A stretch of 64,000 nucleotides of DNA from Candidatus Latescibacterota bacterium (lineage in GTDB: Bacteria; Latescibacterota; UBA2968). The stretch is taken from positions 2,592,001-2,656,000 of the forward strand of contig OZ244960.1 of the NCBI GenBank assembly GCA_965222605.1. The letters are read 5' to 3'. Of the stretch, positions 1 to 10,585 are shown in pieces; positions within the stretch are counted from its first letter, which is position 1; every line of letters begins with the position of its first letter. A model generated the notes under the pieces. It worked only from the letters and a program-made list of their open reading frames with translations, was not told where the DNA came from and did not search any database. The translations under genes and the position numbers were made by a program.

Positions 1-885
1 GCCTATAACCGCGGCGAAACCGACGAATTTATCAAACCCATCGCCATAGCCGACAGCGCGGACAACCCCACCATAAAAGATGGGGACAGCGTCATCTTCT
101 TCAACTTCCGCGGAGACAGACCCCGGCAAATCACCCGCGCCTTTGTACTCAAAGACTTCGACGGCTTTGAACGCCGCGTCTGGCCCAACGTACACTTCAC
201 CACCCTGACCCGATACGAAGCGAACGTACCCGTCACAGGCATTGCGTATCCACCCGAAACCCTCTCGCAAAACATGCCCAACATCTGTGGATCAATCATC
301 GCCCAGGCGAACAAACGACAGCTTCGCATCGCAGAAACAGAAAAATACGCCCACGTCACCTTCTTCTTCAACGGACAGCGGGAAACGCCCTTTGACGGAG
401 AAGAACGCATCCTCGTCCAATCCCCCAAAGACGTCCCCACCTACGATCACAAACCCGAAATGAGCGCACCCGAAATCACAGATCGATTCACAGAAGCCAT
501 CGCATCCAACCAATTCGACACCGCAATATGCAACTTTGCCAACCCCGACATGGTAGGCCACACCGGCATCCTCGAAGCCGCTGTACAAGCCGTCACCACC
601 GTTGACACATGCCTGGGCCGCGTACTCAAAGCCATAGAAAACGCAAACGGCGCAGCCATCGTCACCTCTGACCACGGCAACGCCGAACAAATGCTACACT
701 ACAACACCGGCGAACCCCACACCGCACACACCACCAACCCCGTACCTTTTGTACTCGTTGACCCCACCTATAAGGGAAAACTCCGCGCTGGCGGCGCACT
801 CTGCGACGTTGCCCCCACCCTGCTCTCCCTGCTCAACCTGCCAAAACCCGCTGAAATGACTGGGGATGATCTGAGGGAAAAATGA
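1..885 (+). CDS. gpmI: 2,3-bisphosphoglycerate-independent phosphoglycerate mutase (5' truncated by window)
   Basis: Frame open from base 1 (ETDEFIKP...FFNFRGDRPRQIT); motifs AETEKYAHVTFFFNG, NFANPDMVGHTG, TSDHGNAE, HTAHTTNPVP. Confidence 0.97.
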   Translation, partial: AYNRGETDEFIKPIAIADSADNPTIKDGDSVIFFNFRGDRPRQITRAFVLKDFDGFERRVWPNVHFTTLTRYEANVPVTGIAYPPETLSQNMPNICGSIIAQANKRQLRIAETEKYAHVTFFFNGQRETPFDGEERILVQSPKDVPTYDHKPEMSAPEITDRFTEAIASNQFDTAICNFANPDMVGHTGILEAAVQAVTTVDTCLGRVLKAIENANGAAIVTSDHGNAEQMLHYNTGEPHTAHTTNPVPFVLVDPTYKGKLRAGGALCDVAPTLLSLLNLPKPAEMTGDDLREK

Positions 886-893
886 AAAAACCT

Positions 894-977
894 CTGGATC
901 GCGGCTAAAACCATGCCGCGATGACGAGTCGGGAAAGGATTTTCCTCCTACGGGACGGCACGGGGACCGTCCCCTAC
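894..977. repeat. Cluster of palindromic repeats (family D, a REP-like hairpin, family B)
   Basis: CTGGATCGCGGC-N7-TGCCGCGATGACG at 894-926 recurs at 18739-18772 and 46649-46680; GGGACGGCACGGGGACCGTCCCCTAC at 952-977 recurs many times. Confidence 0.85.
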
Positions 978-981
978 AACT

Positions 982-2403
982 TCACCCTTCATACGCTTCC
1001 CAAACCGGAATCGTCCCCGAAGTTGAACCATCTTTTACCAGAAGCCGTTCGCCATCTGTAAAACCCTCGGGGCGACCGACCAATTCCCCAATAAGACGGG
1101 ACCGCCACATAGCGACCTCGTCCGCCCACCCCCGATCATCGGCGAGATTGGTCATCTCGCATGGATCGTTTTCCACATCAAAAAACAGCTCCCGCCCCTG
1201 CCCTGGCAAATAAACGTACTTGCGCTTGCCATCCGTCACGTATTGCATCCCGCTATTCGACGTAGGCACACTCGCGCATTCGCCGTGAACATAATCTCGC
1301 CACGCCGCTTGTGAATCGCGAACAATCGGCAGCACACTCTCCCCATCCACCGTATCCGGAATCGGAACACCCACCGCATCGAGCAACGTCGGCATAATAT
1401 CCATCAACTCAACTGGACGATCGATAACCTGCTCTTGCGGCAATCCCAAACCCGCGGGAAATTTCATCAACAACGGAACCCGCGCAGACGGCTCAAAAGG
1501 ATTGCGCTTTCGCAGCCACTGATGATCCCCGAGCATCTCCCCGTGATCAGAAGCAAACACCACAATCGTATTCTGCGGCAACACGCGATTGCTAACCAGA
1601 CGCGCAACCTGATGATCAATATGTTCGATACACCCGTAATAACCCGCGCGCGTCGCCTTCATAACCGGCGGATCGAGACACAACCGCCAGCACTCCGGCT
1701 GCAACCCCCGCACCGGACCATCGAAAACCCGCGCCCAATCCCCCACATAAGGCTCGGGCAAATCCATCGCCATATACTTATCAAAATAATGCGCTGGCGG
1801 CGTAACCGGCTGGTGCGGATGGATAAAATTAACCGCCAAAAACCACGGCTGATCCCCGATTTGCGAATCGATAAACTCCAAACCCTTTTGTGTACACCAG
1901 TTCGTAAAATGCAAATGCTCATCCAAATGCCATGGACGCCCTGGAAAACCATTGCTATACATCCCATGGGCATCAGAGGCGCGGTGCCACGGCGCACCAT
2001 TCTCGCGCACATATTTCTGATAATCATTATCAACCCCCGAAATGGGACTATCCGCCCATTCCGCGGAATCAAACCCAAGCTCCGTCGCGGGCGGACCCCA
2101 ATGCGCCTTGCCCGAAAGATGGGTGCGATATCCCGCATCGCGCAAAACCCCGGGCAACGTTGGCCACGGCAGCGGTGCTTGTGCATTTTGAAGCGCGCCG
2201 TGATTGCTGGGCTTGCGACCCGTAATCACCGTGCGGCGAGCCGGCACACACACCGGACAAGCCGAATAAGCACTGCGAAAACGCACCCCCGACGCAGCCA
2301 TAAAGTCCAGATTGGGCGTTTGCAACACGGGATGCCCCTCAATACCCAGGCAATCGCCGCGTTGCTGATCCGTCATAATAAATAAAATATTGGGTCTATT
2401 CAT
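982..2403 (-). CDS. Sulfatase (Cys-type, arylsulfatase/choline-sulfatase-like)
   Basis: MNRPNILFIMTDQQR, CVPAR (CxPxR), SDHGEMLGDH; start at ATG 2403 after GAAAGGA. Confidence 0.95.
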   Translation of the reverse strand: MNRPNILFIMTDQQRGDCLGIEGHPVLQTPNLDFMAASGVRFRSAYSACPVCVPARRTVITGRKPSNHGALQNAQAPLPWPTLPGVLRDAGYRTHLSGKAHWGPPATELGFDSAEWADSPISGVDNDYQKYVRENGAPWHRASDAHGMYSNGFPGRPWHLDEHLHFTNWCTQKGLEFIDSQIGDQPWFLAVNFIHPHQPVTPPAHYFDKYMAMDLPEPYVGDWARVFDGPVRGLQPECWRLCLDPPVMKATRAGYYGCIEHIDHQVARLVSNRVLPQNTIVVFASDHGEMLGDHQWLRKRNPFEPSARVPLLMKFPAGLGLPQEQVIDRPVELMDIMPTLLDAVGVPIPDTVDGESVLPIVRDSQAAWRDYVHGECASVPTSNSGMQYVTDGKRKYVYLPGQGRELFFDVENDPCEMTNLADDRGWADEVAMWRSRLIGELVGRPEGFTDGERLLVKDGSTSGTIPVWEAYEG

Positions 2404-2405
2404 GT

Positions 2406-3116
2406 TTATCCTTTCTGAAGATGATGAATACAAATCGCAGCGGCGGCAGACACATTGAGAGACGCAATAGCACCGCGAGGGGCAATGCGGCATATCTCAT
2501 CGCACTTATCGCGCGTCAGGCGTCGCATGCCGCTCTCTTCATTTCCCAGCACCAGAAGCCAAGGGCGATCTGCCGAAAACGCACCCAAGTCTTTCTCGGC
2601 ATGCTCAGAAGTCCCCAAAACCCAGAGACCTGCATCCTTGGCAACATCCAACGCCCGACTCAAATTGGTCTGAACAGAAAACGGAACATACTCAACACCA
2701 CCCGAAGCAACATCGTACGCCGCGCCGCTCATCGGAGCAGATCGATCTCGTGTAAGCAAAATACCGCGCACCCCAAAAAAAGCCGCCGTGCGAAAAATCG
2801 CACCCAGATTTTGCGGATCCTGAACCGTATCGAGCGCCAAAAAAAGACCCGCCTTATCGGCAAACAACTCGCCAAGATCACAACCCGGATGTTCTTTAAT
2901 CGCAGCTTCAGCGTCTCCTCCACGGGACCGATCCTGCCGCGCCGACCTCTCACCCCTCCCAAAAAATACGCGCACACCGATCTTCTCTGCCTGCTCCCGC
3001 ACCGCTCCCCACGCGCCACCGCCCTGTTTAGCAGGCAACCGAATCTCGAAAATATCCTGCGGTCGCTTTTCCAGAACCGCCAGAATACTGTGCGGATTTT
3101 TGAGATATATCGGCAT
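2406..3116 (-). CDS. rlmB: TrmH/SpoU family RNA 2'-O-methyltransferase (RlmB-like)
   Basis: LDTVQDPQNLGAIFRTA, LVLGNEESG, SLNVSAAAAI SPOUT motifs. Confidence 0.88.
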   Translation of the reverse strand: MPIYLKNPHSILAVLEKRPQDIFEIRLPAKQGGGAWGAVREQAEKIGVRVFFGRGERSARQDRSRGGDAEAAIKEHPGCDLGELFADKAGLFLALDTVQDPQNLGAIFRTAAFFGVRGILLTRDRSAPMSGAAYDVASGGVEYVPFSVQTNLSRALDVAKDAGLWVLGTSEHAEKDLGAFSADRPWLLVLGNEESGMRRLTRDKCDEICRIAPRGAIASLNVSAAAAICIHHLQKG

Positions 3117-3129
3117 ATTATCTCTGTCT

Positions 3130-3615
3130 TTACCTGCTCTCAAACCTATCGTCTCGCGGTACGCGCTTCTCCAACTCAATCTGAGAAGAAACAGACCGGG
3201 TCCCAGCCCCATAGTGATAAACCAGATGCCCACCCGTATATCCCGCCGCGCACACCAAACCCGCGGTAATAAGACCGAAAACGAGATACACATAGCGAAT
3301 AATTCCGACAAATTTCTTTTTTAAAACAAAATGCGTGCGTATCAGCGCCAGTGCAACAGCGAGAAACGCGGTAACAGTCCCGAGCGTATCGTGATCGTCT
3401 AAATCTGCGGCAATATCATCAATATGCTGCGCGACCTCGGCTGCACTATCCCCTGTAAGCGCGACCGGAATCGCGCTCAAAGCACCGAGCGAAAAGAGCA
3501 AAAACCCCGCTCTCACAAAAAAGTCGCGATCATTCAATATGCCAATCGCATCGCAAACAACGCCGATCAGCAACAACACAATGGGAAAATGTGCAATAAG
3601 AGGATGGATATCCAT
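3130..3615 (-). CDS. DUF2231-like integral membrane protein
   Basis: HPLIAHFPIVLL N-terminus, four hydrophobic helices, GYTGGHLVY. Confidence 0.8.
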   Translation of the reverse strand: MDIHPLIAHFPIVLLLIGVVCDAIGILNDRDFFVRAGFLLFSLGALSAIPVALTGDSAAEVAQHIDDIAADLDDHDTLGTVTAFLAVALALIRTHFVLKKKFVGIIRYVYLVFGLITAGLVCAAGYTGGHLVYHYGAGTRSVSSQIELEKRVPRDDRFESR

Positions 3616-3632
3616 AACGCGGTAGGAAATCT

Positions 3633-4247
3633 TTATGGACGCAAGTCAAGTTGCAACGGCTCTACATGGCGCGGGTCGGCAACGGGCTGTCCCGGCCACG
3701 CGCCTTCCAGGAACGTAATGCTATTGTAGAAATTGTCCAGTGCGATAAACTTTCCGTTCTCCTCTGCCCATTCCCGCATGCGGCGGTTACAACTGTGACG
3801 CCACGACAACACTTCTATGTCCCAGCCCCTGCGATGCATCCGCTCTATGTCTGCGTGAAACCCAACGCCATCGACAAAGCCACTGCCATCGCCGGTAAGA
3901 AGAACAGCAATTCCCGGTACGCCGTTATAATCCACTGTATCGCGGAGCATAATCGTTTGAAGAACTTGATCCACGCCCTGTTCGCTACCGTGCAAGGCAC
4001 CGCGTTCTAACAACCGCACCTCAACATCCTCATTCTCGAGGCGGTTCCAGACCTGGCGCAACTCGGGTGGAATAGAACCAACAGCAATGGCCCGCTCAAT
4101 CGGACGGCCCGCATGTGCCAGCGCGAGGAGATTGCGAAAATGAATACGCACGCGAGCGCGAACAGCCTCACCCTCGCGCTCTGTTGCGGCCTCTTGCGCG
4201 CTAATAAAGATGTTGGAATTATCCCAGTAGATAAAAACCTTCTTCAT
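3633..4247 (-). CDS. NYN domain (LabA/DUF88, PIN-like) protein
   Basis: IYWDNSN, EQGVD, LLTGDG acidic motifs. Confidence 0.85.
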   Translation of the reverse strand: MKKVFIYWDNSNIFISAQEAATEREGEAVRARVRIHFRNLLALAHAGRPIERAIAVGSIPPELRQVWNRLENEDVEVRLLERGALHGSEQGVDQVLQTIMLRDTVDYNGVPGIAVLLTGDGSGFVDGVGFHADIERMHRRGWDIEVLSWRHSCNRRMREWAEENGKFIALDNFYNSITFLEGAWPGQPVADPRHVEPLQLDLRP

Positions 4248-4357
4248 GATGCTATTCTCCCGTTAAGTTCAAAAAAGTGTTTCAATCGCGCGACAAATCC
4301 ATTACAATGGGCGGGTTAAGATAAAGATAAAAGAGACCCGCGACAAGGAAGGATTAT

Positions 4358-5695
4358 ATGATTGATCGACCAAACATCTTATTTATGCACTCGCACAACA
4401 CCGGAACTTATGTCGAACCCTATGGACACGCTGTCCCAACGCCGCATCTACAGCAATTGGCAGAACAAGGCGTACTATTTCGGCGGGCGTATGCCACAGC
4501 CCCCACGTGTTCGCCCAGCAGAGCGAGTTTTTTAACCGGCATGTACCCCCATTCGTGTGGCATGACAGGACTCGCACACCGCGGCTTTGCCATGTCGAAT
4601 TACGACTGGCATGCAGCGCGCATCTTTAAGACAAATGGCTATTTTACAGCAACCGCTGGCGTGGAACACACCGCGCCGGACTTAAATACAATTGGCTACG
4701 ACGAAATCCTCTCCGGACTGGACACAAATTACCCCGGACAACCCAAATGGATTGAACCCGCGGATGCCGTCGTAGATTTCTTAAAAAATGCCCCCCAACA
4801 ACCCTTCTTCTTAAATTTGGGATTAAACGAAACACACCGGCCATTTCACAAAGCCGAACCCCACAAATATCCCGCAGAACGCAAACAATACTGCATCCCA
4901 CCCCGGCCCTTACCCGACACACCCGAAACGCGCGCAGACACAGCAGATTACAAAGCATCCGCCCGCATAATGGACAACCACTACGGCAACGTACTCGCAG
5001 CACTGGAAGAAACCGGTCTATCAGACAACACCCTCGTATGCTGCTTTGCCGACCACGGATTGCAATTTCCGCGCAACATGTGCAACCTGACAGACCACGG
5101 CATTGGCGTGTACCTCATAATACGCGGACCGGACGGATTTGAAGGTGGGAAAGTCGTAAATGCGATGGTAAGCTTGATGGACCTATTGCCCACAGCATAT
5201 CGGGCAGCCGGCATAGAAATACCCGACTATGTACAGGGGAAATCGCTATACCCGCTGATAAATGGCGACAAAGACCGCCACCGGGAGGAAATATTTTCAG
5301 AAGTAACGTATCACGCGGCGTATGAACCCATGCGAAGCATCCGCACGGAGAGATATAAATATATTCGGCGATACGACAACCGCGACAAACTCGTATTGCC
5401 CAACGTCGATGACACACCGACAAAAGCGTTCTTGCTCAATCAAAACTGGGAGCAATTGCCGCGAGATCAAAAAATGTTATACGATCTGATATTCGATCCC
5501 GATGAAGCGCACAACATCATCGACCGAGAAGACATAGCACATATTCAGAAGGATCTGAGCGACCGATTGGATACCTGGATGGAAGAAACGAATGATCCCC
5601 TCTTGTCAGATGGGTACATCGCCGCACCGGGTGGTTCTCAGGTCAACAATTCCGACGGCCGCTCGCCAAATGAGGCGCCGGAGGTTATGGCGTAG
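4358..5695 (+). CDS. Sulfatase (N-sulfoglucosamine sulfohydrolase-like)
   Basis: RPNILF, CSPSRASFLTG, ADHG; the stop TAG lies inside the REP at 5692. Confidence 0.95.
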   Translation: MIDRPNILFMHSHNTGTYVEPYGHAVPTPHLQQLAEQGVLFRRAYATAPTCSPSRASFLTGMYPHSCGMTGLAHRGFAMSNYDWHAARIFKTNGYFTATAGVEHTAPDLNTIGYDEILSGLDTNYPGQPKWIEPADAVVDFLKNAPQQPFFLNLGLNETHRPFHKAEPHKYPAERKQYCIPPRPLPDTPETRADTADYKASARIMDNHYGNVLAALEETGLSDNTLVCCFADHGLQFPRNMCNLTDHGIGVYLIIRGPDGFEGGKVVNAMVSLMDLLPTAYRAAGIEIPDYVQGKSLYPLINGDKDRHREEIFSEVTYHAAYEPMRSIRTERYKYIRRYDNRDKLVLPNVDDTPTKAFLLNQNWEQLPRDQKMLYDLIFDPDEAHNIIDREDIAHIQKDLSDRLDTWMEETNDPLLSDGYIAAPGGSQVNNSDGRSPNEAPEVMA

Positions 5696-5797
5696 GGGAC
5701 GGTCCCTGTGCCGTCCCGCACGCGCAGCACAACGACAGTAATATCCACATAAAATTGTCCCAACCACAACGGGCGGGCACGGGGGCACCGCCCCTAC
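5692..5797. repeat. Inverted pair of GTAG REP elements (family B reverse + family C)
   Basis: GTAGGGGACGGTCCCTGTGCCGTCCC 5692-5717; GGGCGGGCACGGGGGCACCGCCCCTAC 5771-5797. Confidence 0.85.
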
Positions 5798-5812
5798 AAA
5801 AGGAGGAACCCC

Positions 5813-6910
5813 ATGAAAATGCAAGCATCATTACTCTATGAGCCGGGCAGGCCATTGGAAGTGGAGGACCTCGACCTGGAGGGACCAAAAGAGGACGAAG
5901 TCATGGTGCGGATGGTTGCTACCGGGGTATGTCACAGTTGCTTACACGTCGTAGATGGCAGCTGGACCGGATTTCCAATGCCAATGGTACTCGGCGATGA
6001 AGGGGCTGGAATCGTAGAAGAAGTAGGACCCGGCGTTCGACATGTAAAACCCGGCGACCATGTCATCCTATCCTGGGCACCGGCATGCGGACGCTGTCAC
6101 TACTGCGTAACCGGACTATCGCATTTGTGTGAACGCACGATGCCGGGCAAAGGGGTATTAATGGACGGCACATCCAGAATGAAAATAAAAGGACAACCCG
6201 TGTACCATTACGGACCCGCGTGCAGCTATGCCTCTTACTCCGTCATGCCCGCCTCCTGTGCGATCCCCATTCGAGAAGACATGCCCCTCGAAGTAGCCGC
6301 ATTAATCGGATGCTCGGTCATGACAGGTGTAGGCTCAGTAATCAACACCGCCGCCGTAACTCCCGGAGCGAGCATCGCTGTATTCGGCACCGGGGGAATC
6401 GGCCTGAACGTCATACAGGGCGGAACACTCGTACAAGCACATCCAATTATAGCAATAGATATCAACCCCGCCAAATTGGAATACGCGAAATCCTTTGGCG
6501 CAACGCACACCATTGACGCGAGCAAAGAAAATCCGGTAGAAGCCATAAAAGACCTCACCGGACGTGGGGCAGATTATTCATTTGTAGCAGTCGGCAACGC
6601 GCAGGTCATCAATCAGGCGTGGGACTGTCTGGCATCCAGGGGCCAGTGTTTGCTCATCGGTCTGCCGCCAACCGGCTCCACCGTAACATTTGACACCGGC
6701 AACCTCCAATCCAACGAGCGCATCCTGCGCGGCTGCAAATACGGAAGCGCGAGAACCTGGGACGATTTCCCGCGGATGGTAGAACTCTATCTGGCAGGAA
6801 AGTTGAAAATCGACGAACTGGTAACCCGACGATTTGATCTCGAAGAAGCCAACGAAGCATTTGACGCCCTGGCCGCTGGCGAAGTGGCGCGGGGTCTGAT
6901 CGTTTTCTGA
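5813..6910 (+). CDS. Zn-dependent alcohol/formaldehyde dehydrogenase (MDR family)
   Basis: GVCHS, GDEGAG, CGRCHYC structural Zn site, GTGGIG Rossmann motif; RBS AGGAGG. Confidence 0.93.
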   Translation: MKMQASLLYEPGRPLEVEDLDLEGPKEDEVMVRMVATGVCHSCLHVVDGSWTGFPMPMVLGDEGAGIVEEVGPGVRHVKPGDHVILSWAPACGRCHYCVTGLSHLCERTMPGKGVLMDGTSRMKIKGQPVYHYGPACSYASYSVMPASCAIPIREDMPLEVAALIGCSVMTGVGSVINTAAVTPGASIAVFGTGGIGLNVIQGGTLVQAHPIIAIDINPAKLEYAKSFGATHTIDASKENPVEAIKDLTGRGADYSFVAVGNAQVINQAWDCLASRGQCLLIGLPPTGSTVTFDTGNLQSNERILRGCKYGSARTWDDFPRMVELYLAGKLKIDELVTRRFDLEEANEAFDALAAGEVARGLIVF

Positions 6911-6987
6911 TTTGACTTTCTTATACAATGTAATACTTTGCTTACATTTGTATAAAAAATATAAATTTACTTTCAAGAAGCCAAATC

Positions 6988-9507
6988 ATGAAAAAATTCA
7001 TATTTAATTTGTTCTTATGCCTGTTGCTCTCGTCAGTGAGCGATGCTGCCCCGGACAATGGTAGTCATTTTTGCGTCCCGGTCGATCTGGAGAAACTTGA
7101 GCAATATCGCCAATCTCAACCTGCTGCGAGCAAGCAGGCACTTTCGCATACTGGAGGACCGCGCATCGTGCGAATGATCTACTTCGTATCCGACCCACAG
7201 GGGTTCAGGCAAGAAGTGGTCGATAAGATGAAAACAACCATTCGGGAAGTACAGCGCATTTTTGCCGACCAGATAAGCGCGCACGGATTCGGAGAAAGAA
7301 CCTTCAATTATGAAAAAGATGCACCAGGTGAACCCATGGTTCATGTCGTATATGGTACCGGAGGTAATTACGACTATGTGCGTGCGCTTGGCAGAATTGG
7401 ACGGGAATATGGATATGATCTCAAGTCAAATATTTACTTCATCGTCCTTGGCAATGAAGAAGACATTCAATATCGAAATGTATTAGGGCTTGGTTTGCAG
7501 ACGTCAAGAAATAGTGGATGGGCGATGTTGAGGCAATATATTGACCCGAATTTCGTCGCCAGAGCAGCCCACGAACTGGGACATGCTTTCGGATTGTGGC
7601 ACAATTTCAACAATGATGCCTACATCATGTCTTATGGTCGTGGACGAACCAGGTTATCCGAGTTCAGCGCAGGGCATTTGGCCGTACACCCCCATTTCAA
7701 TCCCGATAGTTCAACGTATCAGGAATATGTGCTGGATTTGCCAAAGGGCCAGATCCTTTCGTCGCGTTCATATCGAACAGGAGCAACAAGCATCCCTATC
7801 CAACTGGAACTCAGCGACCCGGACGGTCTTCAACAGGTATCTCTATTTGTCACAACACCGGAAACCCACTTTTCCGCAGGCTCTCCCGAATTGAAGACAG
7901 GTCGTCTATTGGGAGGTGTGACGAATGCGACTATTGACCTCTATTATGACGGCATTATTCCATCGGATCCCGGTGCTACGAATCTCTCCACCCTTCTTAT
8001 ACACAAGATGACGTTAGAGGCGGTGGATACGCGCGGTAATATCCGCAAAATAGGTCTTTCGCTGCTGCATAATTCGACCCACAAACTCGTCATCCCCCTG
8101 GACAGACAGAAGGGGCATGGAGCCAATGGGGTGGCCTTTTCGCCCGATGGAAAAATCCTCGCCTCAGCGTCAGAGAACCTGACCGTTGAACTGTGGAACG
8201 CAGAGACCGGCGCACACATCGCCACCCTTGAGGGATATAACCCGTATCGGGGGTATATTAAACAGGTCTTTTCTTTGGCCTTTTCGCCCGATGGAAAAAT
8301 CCTCGCCACGGGAACATGGCATGGCAGCATCAAGCTGTGGGACGTGGCAACGAGGACAGAGATAACCACCTTCACACTTAGTGCTTATCAAAGTCGGATC
8401 ATGTCTTTGGCCTTTTCGCCCGATGGAAAAATCCTCGCCGCAGGAATAACGGATGCTGAAGGGAGCGGCCCAAACATAATCAGGCTATGGGACATGGAGA
8501 CAAAAACCCAACTCCCCCCTCTTATAGGCCATACACATGGTGTCCAGAGCGTGGCATTTTCACCGGATGGAAAGACTCTCGCTTCGGGTGCTTTTGATAG
8601 CACGATCAGGCTATGGGACGTGGCGACAAAGACCGAGATTGCCAACCTTCCCTATGAGAACACGGTCACTTCTGTGTCATTCTCACCGGATGGTAAAACC
8701 CTTGTTTCGGGTGCTTTTAATAACAAAGTCGCTTTTTGGGACGTGGATAAAAGAGCCTTTAAGGATCAATTTATAGTAAGGGTGAATAATCTTCTCCGTT
8801 ATGCGTCATTTACCCTTGATGGCGAAAAAATCGTCACCGCGTCACAGGGTGGGGATATTGATCTTCGGGATGCAAATACATACGAAAGAATCGCGAGATT
8901 TCAGGGCAACACTAACGCTCGACTGCTTGGTGCTTGTACAGCATTTTCCCCCGATGGCACAACTTTCGCCACGTCATTAGGCGGCGGTTATGAAAGAGAG
9001 GGGGATTACACCATCGTCTTATGGGATATGTCGCCTTACGTCACACCCGTAGTACATATCGCCGACTTCAACCTCAAAGCGGCAATTCGAGAAACACTGG
9101 GCAAATCGGGTTACGGACCGATCACCAGGACAGACATAGCGCGGTTGACCACACTCAATGTGAGCAACCGAAATATCCGCGATTTAATCGGGCTTGAATT
9201 TGCAACCAACCTGACCACATTGAATCTCGAGGACAACCCCCTGAGTACAACAGCCATCAACACATATATTCCAGACCTGAAAAAGAGAGGTGTTGAGGTC
9301 CTGTTTGACAAGCCTTCTCTTCCCGCAGACTTTGATGGCAGTGGCACGGTTGACGTTGCCGATTTTTTGGCATTTGTAGATCAATTTGGATTAAGCCGGG
9401 GCGATGCGGGGTATGACGCGCGGTATGATCTGGATGGCAATGGCGAGATTGGGATTGGCGATTTTCTGATATTTGTCAATGCTTTCGGTAAAACAGCGTC
9501 ATCTTGA
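6988..9507 (+). CDS. Secreted multidomain protein: zinc metallopeptidase + WD40 propeller + internalin/LRR-like segment + C-terminal EF-hand dockerin-like module
   Basis: Signal peptide; HELGHAFGLWH plus Met-turn (YIMSYG); repeated AFSPDGK..LA...IKLWD; IRDLIGLEFATNLTTLNLEDN; DFDGSGTVDVADF...DLDGNGEIGIGDF. Confidence 0.88.
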   Translation: MKKFIFNLFLCLLLSSVSDAAPDNGSHFCVPVDLEKLEQYRQSQPAASKQALSHTGGPRIVRMIYFVSDPQGFRQEVVDKMKTTIREVQRIFADQISAHGFGERTFNYEKDAPGEPMVHVVYGTGGNYDYVRALGRIGREYGYDLKSNIYFIVLGNEEDIQYRNVLGLGLQTSRNSGWAMLRQYIDPNFVARAAHELGHAFGLWHNFNNDAYIMSYGRGRTRLSEFSAGHLAVHPHFNPDSSTYQEYVLDLPKGQILSSRSYRTGATSIPIQLELSDPDGLQQVSLFVTTPETHFSAGSPELKTGRLLGGVTNATIDLYYDGIIPSDPGATNLSTLLIHKMTLEAVDTRGNIRKIGLSLLHNSTHKLVIPLDRQKGHGANGVAFSPDGKILASASENLTVELWNAETGAHIATLEGYNPYRGYIKQVFSLAFSPDGKILATGTWHGSIKLWDVATRTEITTFTLSAYQSRIMSLAFSPDGKILAAGITDAEGSGPNIIRLWDMETKTQLPPLIGHTHGVQSVAFSPDGKTLASGAFDSTIRLWDVATKTEIANLPYENTVTSVSFSPDGKTLVSGAFNNKVAFWDVDKRAFKDQFIVRVNNLLRYASFTLDGEKIVTASQGGDIDLRDANTYERIARFQGNTNARLLGACTAFSPDGTTFATSLGGGYEREGDYTIVLWDMSPYVTPVVHIADFNLKAAIRETLGKSGYGPITRTDIARLTTLNVSNRNIRDLIGLEFATNLTTLNLEDNPLSTTAINTYIPDLKKRGVEVLFDKPSLPADFDGSGTVDVADFLAFVDQFGLSRGDAGYDARYDLDGNGEIGIGDFLIFVNAFGKTASS
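8132..8439 (+). repeat. Three identical 32-bp copies within the WD40 repeats
   Basis: TGGCCTTTTCGCCCGATGGAAAAATCCTCGCC at 8132, 8276 and 8408. Confidence 0.9.
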
Positions 9508-9558
9508 GCGGGGGCTGTCTCCTACTTTGGATTTACTGCCTTTGGCCTATCGCGCTTT

Positions 9559-9981
9559 TCAAAGACTATCCACAGGGCTGGAAGCCGGAAAAATATTCAT
9601 AATCGCGTGTTGCGAAAGCGAATCTGAAAACGAAACCCTGGGAGAATCGGTCCGGCTCGTATCCATAACAGCAGCCGGCGACTCGGGAGACCGTGTCGTC
9701 GCGGGATCGGGCTGCGACTTGTGGATGCCAAAAACCGCAAACAGAACAATCCCCATCGCAAAAGCGACCTGATAAACAGGCCAGCGCACGGGAAACACAT
9801 TGGCCAGCACACGCCATATATTGAACCCACCGCGTTCTCGCGAGGACATCTGAGCAACAACAGAATTGCGAATCACCGGATCGGGTTCAAGACCCCCGGT
9901 CCTGGGAACCGCAAGAGCATGCTGTAACAGCTCATCTACATTCTTTTTATTATTAAACTGGATAGGAATAACCCTCTTCAT
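9559..9981 (-). CDS. Putative membrane-anchored anti-sigma factor
   Basis: Directly downstream of the ECF sigma; one TM helix (WPVYQVAFAMGIVLFAVFGI); RBS GAGGAGG before ATG 9981. Confidence 0.7.
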   Translation of the reverse strand: MKRVIPIQFNNKKNVDELLQHALAVPRTGGLEPDPVIRNSVVAQMSSRERGGFNIWRVLANVFPVRWPVYQVAFAMGIVLFAVFGIHKSQPDPATTRSPESPAAVMDTSRTDSPRVSFSDSLSQHAIMNIFPASSPVDSL

Positions 9982-9991
9982 ATCTACCTCC

Positions 9992-10585
9992 TCATCCGCA
10001 CAGGGAGTTTCTCCCCTGGAGATTTTTTGCCAACTTCTGCGTAACATGGTGAAGCCTCGACTTAACCGTACCCTCGGGACACTGGAGAATCTGGCTAATC
10101 TCTCGAATACTGCGGTTCTCCTGATGGCGCAATAAAAACGTCGTGCGCTGATCCACACTGAGCTTATCCAACTCATCCATCAGCGCGCGCAAAAATGCCC
10201 GTTCATCGCACGCCTTTTCTATAGCATGATCACCGTCAAAATAGCCACAATGCATATCGATATCGGGATCATTAACCACAATCTTGCGCACACTCTGCTT
10301 GCGATACTCATTCTTGCACATATTGTGTGCAACCGTATAAAGCCAGGCGGAAAAGGCATTACCCCGCTTAAAGCGGGTGGGATCTTCGACAATCTTGAAA
10401 AACAAATCCTGAAGAAAATCCTGCGCCTTCTCCTCATCTCCGCCCAGCATGCGATAAAAATAGTAAAGCATCCGCTTGCTATATCGGGCATAGAGTTCGT
10501 CAAATGCGGCCGTATCGCCCCGCTGAATGCGGGCCATGAGCTTTTCATCGGTGAACGTGTGGTATATTTTTTCAAATATGGGCAT
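9992..10585 (-). CDS. ECF RNA polymerase sigma factor
   Basis: DEKLMARIQRGDTAAFDELY, FSAWLYTVAHN, region 4 SIREISQILQCPEGTVKSRLH; alternative start 10633. Confidence 0.93.
   Translation of the reverse strand: MPIFEKIYHTFTDEKLMARIQRGDTAAFDELYARYSKRMLYYFYRMLGGDEEKAQDFLQDLFFKIVEDPTRFKRGNAFSAWLYTVAHNMCKNEYRKQSVRKIVVNDPDIDMHCGYFDGDHAIEKACDERAFLRALMDELDKLSVDQRTTFLLRHQENRSIREISQILQCPEGTVKSRLHHVTQKLAKNLQGRNSLCG

Noticed and set aside
6921-6955. AT-rich inverted repeat between the dehydrogenase and the WD40 gene
   Set aside because: TTATACAATGTAA/TTACATTTGTATAA could be an operator or a weak terminator; cannot be assigned from sequence alone.
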